The position numbers and the translations under genes were made by a program. DNA of 63,369 bases, filler included, from Reticulomyxa filosa (Eukaryota > Protista > Foraminifera): assembly GCA_000512085.1 (NCBI GenBank). It is 18 parts of 18 records of this genome, joined end to end, with 100 filler letters (N's around TTAATTAATTAA, not from the genome) between each part and the next. Parts side by side here need not be neighbours in the genome. Positions count along the whole stretch, not along the records: positions 8,053 to 21,844 come from ASPP01009033.1; positions 21,945 to 23,136 come from ASPP01034128.1; 16 more parts are not named here. The stretch is one strand, 5' to 3'. Shown here piece by piece: positions 9,829-22,220 of this stretch (position 1 is its first letter; the number at the start of each line of letters is the position of its first letter). A model generated the notes under the pieces. It saw nothing but the letters and a program-made list of their open reading frames with translations, was not told the origin of the DNA and ran no database searches.

Positions 9829-12757
9829 ATGAACATAGAAGAAGACGAAAAAAAGAAAGAAAGCGTGAATACTGGAACGGTTTCAGTTTCTTTTGACGAG
9901 TCCTGCTTTAATAAGAACTGGTTACTTCAGTTAAACGAAGAAAAAGAAATTAATCATATGATTTGTTTTATTTGTAAGCAAGTTGCAAATCATCCACTTG
10001 AAATTATTTGTCATGAGCATGAAGATATGGGTAAACCGTTGATTATCGGAAAGCATTGTCTAAAACAATTTTTTGATACTCATAACAACAATTGTAAATA
10101 TCATGATATGGAATCATTGCAACTACAAATTAATAATTTGATTGTGAAATGTCCATATCAATTTCAAGAAGATTTAGAGACACTAAAAAATGATGGAATA
10201 TTGATAAGGTCAATATGTAATTTCAAAGGAAATATAAAAGAGATAAATGATCATTTAAATAATTCCTGTTTATTGAAAAAAAGTCGACATTATCAAGTTT
10301 ATTATTTTGTCTATTTTCTATTTTAATGATAATATATATTTTTATTGTCATAATAGGAAGAAGAACAATCATTGAAGAGAGATAATGAAAAAATCCAACA
10401 TGACAATGCTATGATTAAAAAAAAACAAATGATAATACAAAATAATGAAATTAATCAATTTAAAAAAAACAATGTATCTACAATTAACTTTGGATTTTTA
10501 CATTCGTCTTTGATTTTCAAAAATAACTATAAATTTTTATTGGTATGTGTAATCTTGGTTATCATTTTATTATTATACTATAGCTTTTCATATGCATTTT
10601 TGGTTTTAGTTATCAATTTGTCGTACTACAACTTGCTTGGAATTATTTATTCATTTTCTCTTGGTCTCTGGTATGGCTTTTTAGGAAATTATTATAATAA
10701 TAATCAACAGTATAACGAAGCTACCAAAAATTATGAAAAAGCTATAGAACACTATGAAAAAGTATTGAAAATAATATTAAACACTTTTAAAACAAATGAT
10801 TCGCTTATTGCTAAATTGTATTCTGATTTAGGGAATTCCTATCGCAATAATAAACAATATGATAAGGCCATTGAATATAATGAAAAAGCTTTGAAAATAA
10901 GATCGGAAATTTTTGGGACAAATCATTCCGATATTGCTTCTTCCTACAATGGTTTAGGAAATTCATATCGCGATAATAAGCAATATGACAAAGCCATTAC
11001 ATATCATGAAAAAGCATTAAAAATAAGAGTAGATATTTTTGGAATGAATCATTCAGATGTCGCTAAATCGTATAATAATTTAGGAGTTTCCCATCGCGAT
11101 AATAAACAATATGAAAAATCAATAGAGTATTTTGAAAAAGCATTGAAAATAAAATTAGATATTTTGGGGATAAATAATTTAGATGTTGCTACTTTGTATT
11201 ATAATTTAGGATTTTCACATCACTATAATGAACAATATGACAAAGCTATTGAATATTATGAACAAGCGTTGAAAACAAGATTGAAAATTTTTGGGACAAA
11301 TCATTCAAATGTTGCTTGGTTGCACAATAATTTAGGTATTTCCTATTACAAAAATAAACAATATGAAAAATCAATTGAACATCATGAAAAAGCTTTAAAA
11401 ATAAGATTGGAAATTTTTGGGACAAATCATTCCGAAACTGCTTCATCTTGCAATAATTTAGGCAATTCCTATCGCGATAATAAACAATATGACAAAGCCA
11501 TTGAATGTCATGAAAAGGCTTTACAAATAAGATTGAATATTTTTGGGACAAACCATTCAGATGTTGCTAAATCATATAATAATTTAGGAGTTTCTTATCG
11601 CGAAAATAAGCAATATGAAAAATCGGTCGAATATTTTGAAAAAGCATTGAAAAATAAGATCAGATATGTTTGGGACAAGCAATTTAGATGTTGCTGATTT
11701 GTATCATAATTTAGGGTTTTCCTGTCATTATAATGAACAATATGACAAAGCAATTGCATATTATGAAAAAGCTTTACAAATAAGATTGGAAATTTTTGGA
11801 ACAAATCATTCCGATGTTGCTTCATCATACAATAATTTAGGCAATTCCTATCGTGATAATAAACAATATGACAAAGCCATTGAATGTCATGAAGAAGCGT
11901 TAAAAATAAGATTAGCTATTTTTGGAATGAATCATTCAGATATTGCTGAATTGTACAATAATGTAGGGGTTTCCTATTATAAAAATAAACAATATAAAAA
12001 ATCAATAGAATATTTTGAAAAAGCATTGAAAATAAAATTAGATATTTTTGGAACAAATCATTCAAAGGTTGCTGATGTATATCATAATTTAGGAGCTTCC
12101 TATCACTGTAACGAACAATATAACGAAGCTATTGAATGTTATGAAAAAACATTGAAAATAAAATTGAATATTTTTGGAACAACACACTCTGAAATTACTG
12201 ATTTGTGTTCTCATTTAGGAAATTCTTATTACAAAAATAAACAATACGAAAAATCAATTGAATATTATGAAAAAGCATTAAATATAGGATTAGACATTTT
12301 TGGAGCAAATCATGTTTACGTTGTTGATTGCTATAAGAAACTAGGTAACTCTTATAACAATAATGGACAATACGCCAAAGCAATAGAATATTACGAAAAA
12401 TCATTGAAAATAATCTTGGATATTTCTGGAACAAATAATTCGGACATTGCTTCATCATATCATAATTTAAGCAAATCCTATCGTAATAATAAACAATATG
12501 ACAAAGCCATTGAATATGATGAAAAAGCATTGAAGATAAGGAAAGAGTTATTTGGAGACACAAATAAATCAGTTGGTGATTCCAATTGGAATCTGGGAAT
12601 AATGCTAGAACACAAAAAAGAACTGAAAACAGCTATGAGACATTATGAAGAAGCATATAGAATCTACGGTAAGGTATTGGGAGAATCACATGCAGACACA
12701 TTAAAAGCAAAAAAACAGGGAAAGAAATTAAGCGAAAAATTAGCGACACGGCGATGA
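9829..12757 (+). CDS. Degenerate RING/TRAF-type zinc finger + hydrophobic segment + long 42-aa TPR array; intron approx. 10297-10356; +1 frameshift near 11650
   Basis: CFICKQVAN..ICHEH..GKHCL..CPY..CNFKG..DHLNNSC; hydrophobic FLLVCVILVIILLLYYSF; tandem A.SYNNLG.SY..NKQY.KAIE..EKALKI repeats across ORFs 10372-11697 and 11666-12757. Confidence 0.85.
10800..12600 (+). repeat. 126-bp coding tandem repeat (TPR units) with higher-order periodicity
   Basis: Recurring aaacaatatga.aaa..cattgaa....atgaaaaagc at 126-nt spacing. Confidence 0.9.
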
Positions 12758-13411
12758 GACAGATGAATAGATATATGTTTTGATTTTCAAATGCAATCAA
12801 TTGAAATGGTGTATTTTTTATCATCTAAATTCTTTTTTTCTGTTAACAATGCATTTTTATGTTCTCTCTTGTACAAAAAAAAAATTAACAACCAATCTTT
12901 GTTGGAGAAATTATTTTTTTGCGTATTCAATTGTCAATACTCATCAAGAAACAACGACATTATTTAATTCAAAATATTTTTGATAGCTACTCCCCATCTA
13001 AAACAGGCAAAAATAAAAAAATCAAAGAATATCTATCTTATTAATTGTGAAAAGGAGATTTAATATATTATGTTTTTTTACAAATATGTATTTGGCATTA
13101 CTATTAGTCGAGTTAGATGATGTAGGAGGAAAAAATTTTTTGCCTGCGTGAATACATCAAAATATTTTTTTGAATTATACTTATGGCAAATAATTCACTT
13201 TCAGCATTGCTTGCGTTTACTTCATTAACAACAGAAATTTGAGAACTATTGAACTTGGGGAAAAAAATTCAATCGTCTTTTTAATTTTTACAAACAATAT
13301 GGTTTACTAAATGCATTCTTTTAGCACTTCAAACCCCTTTGTTTGGCAGTTTGTTACCACATAAAGTACTTTTTTTTAAAGGATCTTACCTGAACAAATT
13401 CAGCAACATTC

Positions 13412-14524
13412 ATGGCCAATCAAAATCAACATCTTATTACTTCAATTCCCTTTCAAAATGTAAGAGATTTGCCCCTTCCACTTGAAGAATCTCAGTGTGT
13501 GCTACACAAACACGAACTCCTCGTCTGTGGAGGTCAATCTAAAAGAACTTGCTATTCTTATCACACAGTCAAAAACGAATACAAGCTTATCTGTGAATAT
13601 CCAAGTGATATTGAATTAAATGGGCACTGTGTAGTGAAACTGGTAAATAAAGGCAGCAATAAAAACAGGGATCAAATCACTTTATTGTCTTTTGGTGGAG
13701 AATATAAGCATACATTAGTGATGAAATATGTGAGTACTTGGAATAGTGACAATGACAATGAAATGAACAATTTTAATCAATGGATTCCTTTTACAGACAA
13801 TCATGATCATCCAGTTCATATTGGAAGAGATTATGACGATTATCAAGGAGTGCGTGCAGTGATTGGTGGAAGAGATAATAATTTGTTATTTATCACTTAT
13901 TATAAAAATAATATTAGTGTATTTGATTTAAATACATTTCAATTTATTAAACATAATACTTTACCAGCCTCGCAATATGCTTCAATATCTTATCATTGCT
14001 TTGTATCAACAGCAGAAAAAAGTTCTGATATGATATTGTTTTGTTTTGATACTGGATTATCAATTAAATATGATGAAGATAGTAATAATTTTCAATTTCA
14101 TCAACTACCTGTTTGTAAGGTTATTGCGTTATTAAATTATTATGCATATGTATATATCGACGATGTTATATTATTCTTTGGTGGATATTGTTATAAAGAT
14201 GGCAAGTATGTTTCTTCAGAATCAGTACATAAATATTCAATTCAAGAAAATAAATGGATGACATTTCAAATCACTTTACCTAGTCCATTGCGAAATTGTG
14301 TTGCAATACTGAGTAAAGATAACACTTATATACATATCATCGGAGGACAAAATGATAAAAATATTACAGTATCAACTCACATGAAGACAAAAGTGCACAT
14401 ATGGGATATTTCATTATCAGTACTTATAAAATTTTTTATTCAATATTGGATTCGAACTTTAAATGTAAAATTAGGATGGATCGATTATTTTGATAAAATT
14501 ATATTCAAATATAGTAAATTTTGA
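13412..14524 (+). CDS. Kelch-motif beta-propeller protein (paralog 1)
   Basis: Kelch GG motifs LLVCGG, LLSFGG, AVIGG, LFFGG, IHIIGG; C-terminal IQYWIRTLNVKLGWIDYFDKII module. Confidence 0.9.
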   Translation: MANQNQHLITSIPFQNVRDLPLPLEESQCVLHKHELLVCGGQSKRTCYSYHTVKNEYKLICEYPSDIELNGHCVVKLVNKGSNKNRDQITLLSFGGEYKHTLVMKYVSTWNSDNDNEMNNFNQWIPFTDNHDHPVHIGRDYDDYQGVRAVIGGRDNNLLFITYYKNNISVFDLNTFQFIKHNTLPASQYASISYHCFVSTAEKSSDMILFCFDTGLSIKYDEDSNNFQFHQLPVCKVIALLNYYAYVYIDDVILFFGGYCYKDGKYVSSESVHKYSIQENKWMTFQITLPSPLRNCVAILSKDNTYIHIIGGQNDKNITVSTHMKTKVHIWDISLSVLIKFFIQYWIRTLNVKLGWIDYFDKIIFKYSKF

Positions 14525-14639
14525 TATAATAGAGATAATTAAAACATTTATAAATATGATTTTTCATTGTTCTTCTTTTAATAACAAAATATTCAAATGA
14601 CATTTTTGTTTATTATGATAATAAATAATTTTTTAAAAA

Positions 14640-15800
14640 AGAAAGCAGTTTATCTTCATTGAAAAGAATCACAGATCTATTTTCATGCTGTTAGCATAGT
14701 TCCTTCGTTAAACTAAAAAAGAAAGTTTAATATTTCTATTTGTATTCATTCATATTTATGTTAGATATATTATTATCATCATTCCAAAAAATTCCCATTT
14801 TATGCTTTGTTTATTGTAACAGTTTTTCAATTCATTAAAAGCTTCAAAATTAATGATATTGGTGATATTTTCATCATTATCATTGTCATTATATTGAATG
14901 CGAGGATTAAATAACAATGAGTCAAATGCCGATAATTCTACTTCAATATTTTTTCCATTTTGATTTTCATATTCTCTTTTAATGAAGTAATTGTAATATG
15001 TCCCCACATATTATCTGATGTACGTTGTTTTACAAATATATTATCAGATTTTCTTAAAAGATTATCTATTAATAAATACAATTGTGTATCATCCAATTTG
15101 TTACGATAATTTTATATTGTAAACATTCAAGTATATCATTTAATTGATTATCTAAATTTAGTACTAATTTCCAAAGTATATCAATACATAAAAGTTTCAT
15201 CTCAGAATCTTTATTTTTAAATACACTTTTTAAATAATTAAATAAATTATGATTGTTTTTTATTTAATTTTAAAGGTATTATTTTAAGTCATCACAAATA
15301 AAATGATAATATTACAATCTCTATTATTAAGTCTATGCATCAAACATTCACATATATCATCTATTTGTTGCTCATTAAAATTTATGATATTATTTCAAGT
15401 ATGTTTAAACATGAATCATGAATAGCATTATGTCCAGTATAGAATATTGAAATAAATTATCTAATTGTTTATTATTTAATTTTGACAACATTATTTTAAA
15501 TAGTCTTTTACATACACATAATATTTCAGAACCTTTGCTATTAAATCTTTTTTTATAAATCGAATATTTCATTTATTTGTGTTTCATTTAGTCTCCATAG
15601 TATTGCTTGAAATCCTTCCAAACATACATCATACCATCAACTGCTGACATAATCGAGTTGTTTAAAATGCTCGAATAAAAGATTTATTTGCTGTTCGTTC
15701 AATTGTGTGGATCTATTTGAAGTATTTATATATATGATTCTCGAATATCAGCGGTATGAAAGACTCCATACTCTATAAATGTAGTTAATGGTACATTAAT
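14640..15800 (-). pseudogene. Decayed helical (HEAT-like) repeat gene family remnant
   Basis: Minus-strand fragments STQLNEQQINLLFEHF and AILWRLNETQINEIFDL broken by stops, plus the 14756-15007 ORF fragment. Confidence 0.45.
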
Positions 15801-16030
15801 TTATTATTTAATTTCGATAAGTTTGCATTATGTATATCAATTAAACCTTTACATTTTGTTAATTTTAAATTTCAATAATAAAATTATATTGTCAGCGACA
15901 CTTTTTTTCTTTTTTTCAAATGACAATTTCACAACAAAAAAAAATCATATTGAGTTCAAAAGTAAGTTTTTTGTTTTCAAAAGGGTCATGTCACGTTTCC
16001 TTTTTTAAAACAGTCAGCACTATTAAGAAT

Positions 16031-17375
16031 ATGGCTAATCAAACTACAACACAAAAATATCCTAAAGAAGAAACTGAACAAAGTCAACATCTTACTACTT
16101 CAACTCCCTTTCAGAGTTTGAAGGCTTTGCCCGTTCCACTTAAGGATTTTTCATGTACGCTACACAAGCACGAAATTTTCATCTGTGGAGGTCAATCTAA
16201 AAAAGATTGTTATTCTTATCATACAATCAAAAACGAATACAAGCTTATCTGTAAATATCCAAGTAGTATTGACACAGATGGGTACAATGTATTGAAACTA
16301 GTAGATAACAACAGCAAAGAAAACAATGAAATCACGTTATTATCTTTTGGTGGATCTTCATATTTAAAAAAACATGCATTTGTGATGAAATATATCAGTG
16401 TTTGGAGTAATAGTGATGACAATGGGATAAATAAATCAAACAATTACAATCAATGGGTCCCTTTTACAGATAATTATGGTCATCCAATTTACATTGGAAG
16501 AGATGAAGATAATCATCGGGGAATGCGTACAGTGATTGGTGGAAGCAACAATCACTTGTTATTTATTACTTATGCTTCAAATAATATTAGTGTATTTGAT
16601 TTAAATACATTTCAAATTGTTGCACACACTCTTTTACCGGCTTATTCTTGGATACAATATCATTGTTTTGTACCAAAGCCCGAAATGATGAAAACAAATA
16701 AGAAAAAAATTTATGAAATGCTATTGTTTTGTGCAAAGACAGGATTATTAATTGAATATAACGAAGACAACAACACTTTTCAATTTCATCAACTACCTGT
16801 TTGTAAGGATATTGAACCATTCTACCAATATGCATATATATGTGTCAATGATATTATTTTGTTTTTTGGTGGACATTATTGGAAAGATTGTAACCATTTT
16901 ATTTCAAAATCAGTGCATAAGTATTCAATTCAAGAAAACAGCTGGACGACATTTCAAAATACTTTACCCAGTCAATTGTATGGTTGTGTTGCAATATTGA
17001 GTGAAGACAACACTCATATACACATCATTGGAGGACAAAATAATGAAAAAACAACAGTACCAACTCACGTGAAAACAAAAGGACAAAATAATGAAAAAAT
17101 AGCATTGTCACTTCACATTAAAATAAGAGGACAAAATAATGAAAAAATAACATCAACCCACATGAAAACAAAAGTGCGTGTATGGGATCCTTCACAATTG
17201 GTAATTTTTATATTTTTTTTATCAAACAAATAAATTACTTGTCATAACAAATAATGAACAGTCAAAGAATGAAATAAAATTTGTTATTCAATATTGGCTT
17301 CGAACTTTAAATATAAAATTAGGATGGATCGATGATTTTGATAAAATTGTTGTCAAATACAATATAATGAAATAA
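16031..17375 (+). CDS. Kelch-motif protein (paralog 2); exons 16031-17200, 17262-17375
   Basis: Same motifs as paralog 1; 61-nt GT-AG intron before SKNEIKFVIQYWLRTLNIKLGWIDDFDKIVVKY. Confidence 0.9.
17033..17173 (+). repeat. Three in-frame tandem copies of a 48-bp unit (GQNNEK......H.K..)
   Basis: ggacaaaataatgaaaaaa at 17033, 17081 and 17129. Confidence 0.92.
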
Positions 17376-17949
17376 ATTTTGATTAGCATGATTTTGTAAT
17401 TTTTTTTTAAATTTAACAGTTGTCTTTTTCAAAGACCTACCATTGTTTTCATAATTAAAATGAATATATATTGAAATGCAAGCAATTGAGAATCCAAAAG
17501 TGGTTTATTTTATGAATAAATTTGAATATGGAAATTTAATAATATCATAAGATGTATTAATAAGCAAGTGATGAAACATTGATTAGACCTATTTAGAAGA
17601 TTGTAACATAGCTTTATTCAAATAATATCATTCATTACTTTGAGATGGGCCAGAGTGCGACTATTCGATAATTATAAAAATTGAACTAATTTGTTGGTGG
17701 AAATTCAAAAAAACAATCATTTTACACTTTTTTTCTTCATTTGTTCAAATGACAATTTTGCAACAAAAACAAAAAAATCTTTATTCGAATGTATATATTT
17801 TTGTAACAGTTTTGACTAGTTTTTGCGGTTTAAATTTATTTAGCAAGCAGATATCACACTTTTTCTTCATTACAAAAAAACGAAAAAGATATCAATTTAA
17901 TTTCGAATTTCTTGTTTTTATATTGCACAAGCTTTAGTTGAATAATTTA

Positions 17950-18775
17950 TTGCAATGCAAAACGTTTTTTTCATTTTCGTTTTTCGAATGGAGATTGATG
18001 TTAAATGTTAAATATTTTACAGCAAGAGATGTTATAATAGAAATAGAAAGAAGAAATTTTGCTCTGGTTTCAAGTCTAACAATTACAAATATGCTAAAGC
18101 AAAGCGTATTAAGTGCATTATAAAGAAGAAGAAACATTGTTGACAATGAAACAGAAAAAAGCAAGATATGCATTTGTATTGAAGTACCAAAGTTGGACGT
18201 TTGAAGACTGAAAGAAGATTTTATTCAGATTAATTTAAATGGAAGCGATTGTATAATATATTTATATAAAAGACCAAGACAATCATTATTGAAAATTACA
18301 TAACAATAAGAAAATTTGTTGTTAGAAGAATTTTAGATTGATCATGTTTTGTAGCATTATGAAAAGGCTACTCTTACAATGTGGAATGTTGAGTAAATGA
18401 TTATATATATAAAGAAATTTTATCTGATAAAATGATAGAAGTGTCTATTGCTGCTTATAAAACAAAGATTATTGGATTTTTCATCAATATAATGCAACAT
18501 GTCATAAATCGGAAAAAATTATCAAATGGTTAAAACGAAAAAAATAATACAATAGATTTTCCTCCAAATTCGTTTGACTTAAACACAATCGAAAATCTTT
18601 GGTGGCTAGTAAATACAACGATTCGCAAAAAAAGTACCATTTAATCAACTGAAAAACTTTGGAACCAATTCGAAATAGAATATGTAAAAGTAAAAAAAGA
18701 CATTTGTGAAACCTTAATAAAGCAAATGCCAAAGAGAATACAATCAGTTAAAAAAGCCAAAAAAGTAATATAAAA
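17950..18775 (+). mobile_element. Decayed Tc1/mariner DDE transposase
   Basis: Fragments across frames: FVLKYQSWTFED*KKILF, NLNGSD, WIFHQYNATCHKS..IIKWL, DFPPNSFDLNTIENLWW, NLIKQMPKRIQSVKKAK. These match the Tc1 motifs FQQDNA.CH, WP..SPDLNPIENLW and SMP.R...V..A. Confidence 0.85.
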
Positions 18776-21700
18776 AAGATATGTATATTTGTAAAGAGAG
18801 TCTATCGCTAATTACGTGTGCTAATTTTTTGAACAAAATAGAATACAGATAAATTCAACGAATGACTTCCAGTGATGTATTAAAACTTACTAATGAAGAT
18901 CAAGTTGTTTTTTTTTGAAGCGATTCCCTTTTTCAAAAAAGAAATACTCGTTTTAAAGTGTTGAAGCAGGAATTCAAGCGACAGGATAACGTACTGAAAC
19001 AAAAGAGACTTCTGTGCGAAGTAACAACAACAAAGAAGCACAACAAAAGAGTTTGTAGATGACCCTTCAAATATGTGTTTATTTTGCAAATGTTTTTTTA
19101 TTATTGTAATAAAACACAAAAAAAGCATTAATTTTGACCAACGCTTAAATACCTCTTTTTCTTTTTTAATAAAGATGATTGTGGAAATGCTCCGTCCGTA
19201 CTTGAACAAGAAGCTATTGCGACAAACGCAAGCGGAGCACGAGCTGAACGTCGGGAACGAAAATAACATTAACTAACGTATCACTTACTGTCTGTGATGA
19301 TGTGCAACTCACACCTGAAAACGCTGCGATATTGTTTATTTGAATCCGAAAAATCAAACGTGTCGAACGTGATTGTGAGCGAGTGGTAAGATTGAAGCTA
19401 AAAGCAAAGAACGCAAAGCACTTGCTGGTGAATGTTTATCACATGAACATAATGAACTGCCTGAAAGTGCATCTGCCTGAGATTGCGAGTGATCCGAACA
19501 TGTAAGAAATGGACAGTTCGTTTTAGCAATGAGATCAACGTTGATTAAGGCGACAGCGTATCGTTATCAAGATGTTGGCATGTGGACTTGCAAGACACAT
19601 TAAAAAAACCAAAATGTGACTATTTTTTGTCGACTGTATTGGTAACGGCAAGTACTATCGCGCGTTGATCCAAAAAAGTGCGCCGTCAAGTTCATTTAGC
19701 GCGCATGCATGCAGGGGACATGCGTTCATGTTGTACGACTGGTTAAATCAAGTGATCACAAAGGCATGAGTGATTGTAAATGGTGTGCGCTACGAAAGTA
19801 GTCAGTACGATAGCAGTGAAAGTAGTTGTGCGTTTTGATAGCAATGTTCAGGGTCTGCTGAAGAAGGTCGTTACGTATAAGGAAAGATTGGACCGAAAAT
19901 ACTATCGTGCTATGCAAGTTTGACGACGCCGTGGACAGCTGCGAAGTGAATTAAGTGTCTGTTGATTATAGCGCCAGCAAATGGTAGACAAGAATGTGTG
20001 CGATTTGTTTATCAATTGTGCTATGCGAATGACAGACATTTGTTACGTCCATCGAGGCCAGTGCCTGCGTGCAGATACCATATGTACTTGACCTGATTCA
20101 ATGCTCAATATTTTTGCTGCAAACCAGGATTTGATAGTTGCGGCTAGCGGAAATCGTGACGAAATTAGCACAAGCAATATACGCTGTCATTGAGATTATA
20201 TGCTCTGGTTTTGATGATGTCTTCGAACGGATCAGTTCATCTTTTTAACCCTTGGTCTTAAACTTGGGTTCGATATACTGACATTCGGTTGACATAACAA
20301 ATTTGACGATTGAGGTCTTTGTTATATGCAAGCTCAAGATTGGCGAAGGAGATGTTGATCTTGACATTGTCTCAGTCGAATATGTCCATTGTTGTCGACT
20401 TGTCGACTGGTCGCCAGCAACAGTGGTCCACTGGCTTGTAGATACATGCATTGTTCCATCAAAAGTATCATATTCTGGACAATCACATATTGCTATTCTT
20501 TTTTTCACTTGCTTATCAATGACAGTGTTAATAATAATAACGAAACATAGCGCACGCATATTCGCAAGCTGGCATTGATTAACACTTTGCGTACGGCGCA
20601 TTGACTCACAGACTGCTGTCCGATTTTATCGTCAAGTTGAAACAAGTTTGTTGTGTTGTGTATCCGATCGCATCTCCGAGTGTTGATCGAGACAAGCAAA
20701 CAATGCCAAAATATGTTTTGAACGGCATCAAGACCTTTGAGTTGATCGAGTCTGATACATTGCAAATCCAAAAAGCCGAACAAATAAGGAAAAAAAAAAG
20801 TAATACGTATCGAATTAGACGTCTTGAACCAATGGAACGATTGCATCTGATCTCTAACAACTGTATGCCATCGCTCCCAGTATTGAGCGAACAGCGTGCT
20901 GTCGTTGTACTGCAAATGACTTTATATCAACCAGTAGTATCGCTACATTGGAACGCGCCAGCGCGAACAAGTACATTGGCAAAAAGCTTGCAAAAATATT
21001 CATTGCTTGCGATATCGTTCAGCGACCGCACCACCACAACGCAAGAGCAAGAGGCGATAACGTCGTAGTTTCATCAAACACAAGCACTATAAGCAGCATC
21101 GTCAAATAATCAAGAACTACTTGTCCTTCTCGTCACATATACTCGTGTGTTTGGACTGATCTATATCGACTTACTTCAACCTGCAATGCAAGCAATACAC
21201 AACAAGCGCTCCTATGTCGAGTTTAGTCTAGCGCTGCACCAACAGCATCGCGTGCTTACAGTCTAGCCTTGGACAAGTACTTTATCTTGTATACACACTT
21301 GCTCACCGACACAAAAGAAGCTGCACATATGATGCCGACGAATCAAATGAACGAAATATTAAATCAATTATTAATAAACGTTAAATGGTGTATATATGTA
21401 TTCACACTAATTCAAAACTATGTTTATTACATAAATAGACTGAATGTTATTGTATATATCAATACAAATTTCCAAAACCTCTTCAATCAATGCAAGAATT
21501 ATTATATGCAACTAATTCGAATACAATTACCAATAGTATGTTGCTAACAAATTTATGTTATTCATCAAATGTGATCATTGTTTTTCACAAATGTGCAATA
21601 ATTTATTCAATACAGTAAATTGCAAAAAAAACTGCCATACCTAAATGGCACTATATGAAGATAATCGATTTTTTATATGAAAAATAAAGATTTAAACATA

Positions 21701-22220
21701 ACTTTAAAAAAAATAATATATACTAATCTTGTAGTTTTTAAATATGAAATTAGTTTTATAATAAGTTTTTTCTAGGTTGACCAAAAATATGATTTTTTTA
21801 AATGATTTTTAAAAATTTCGAATGAGTTCATATAAATTGAACATNNNNNNNNNNNNNNNNNNNNNNNNNNNNNNNNNNNNNNNNNNNNTTAATTAATTAA
21901 NNNNNNNNNNNNNNNNNNNNNNNNNNNNNNNNNNNNNNNNNNNNAAAACAAAAGATATACGTTGTGATGACAAAAAAAAAAAATAAATAAATAAATGAAA
22001 ATAAAACAATGTTATATTTTTGAAAAAGTATTTAACTCGTTGCTGTAAATATCTTCATAAACATGTTATGAGAGATATTGCAAATAGTTTGCAGTGGCCA
22101 GTTATAACTGATCAGTTATCATGAGATGAATGTTTCTTATGTGGCGGTGTTTGGCTTCATTCTGTCGATATATGTTTCATATTCTATCAATAATAAGTCG
22201 TCCCTTCTAGAGAAACGTAA

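Noticed and set aside
10800-12600. Regular repeats that might look like a CRISPR array
   Set aside because: They are contiguous 126-bp coding TPR units with no unique spacers, and no cas genes are present.
17700-18850. Possible Tc1 terminal inverted repeats (tttgttcaaa / tttgaacaaa)
   Set aside because: The match is too short in AT-rich DNA, and the left copy is better explained as a Kelch 5'-flank duplicate.
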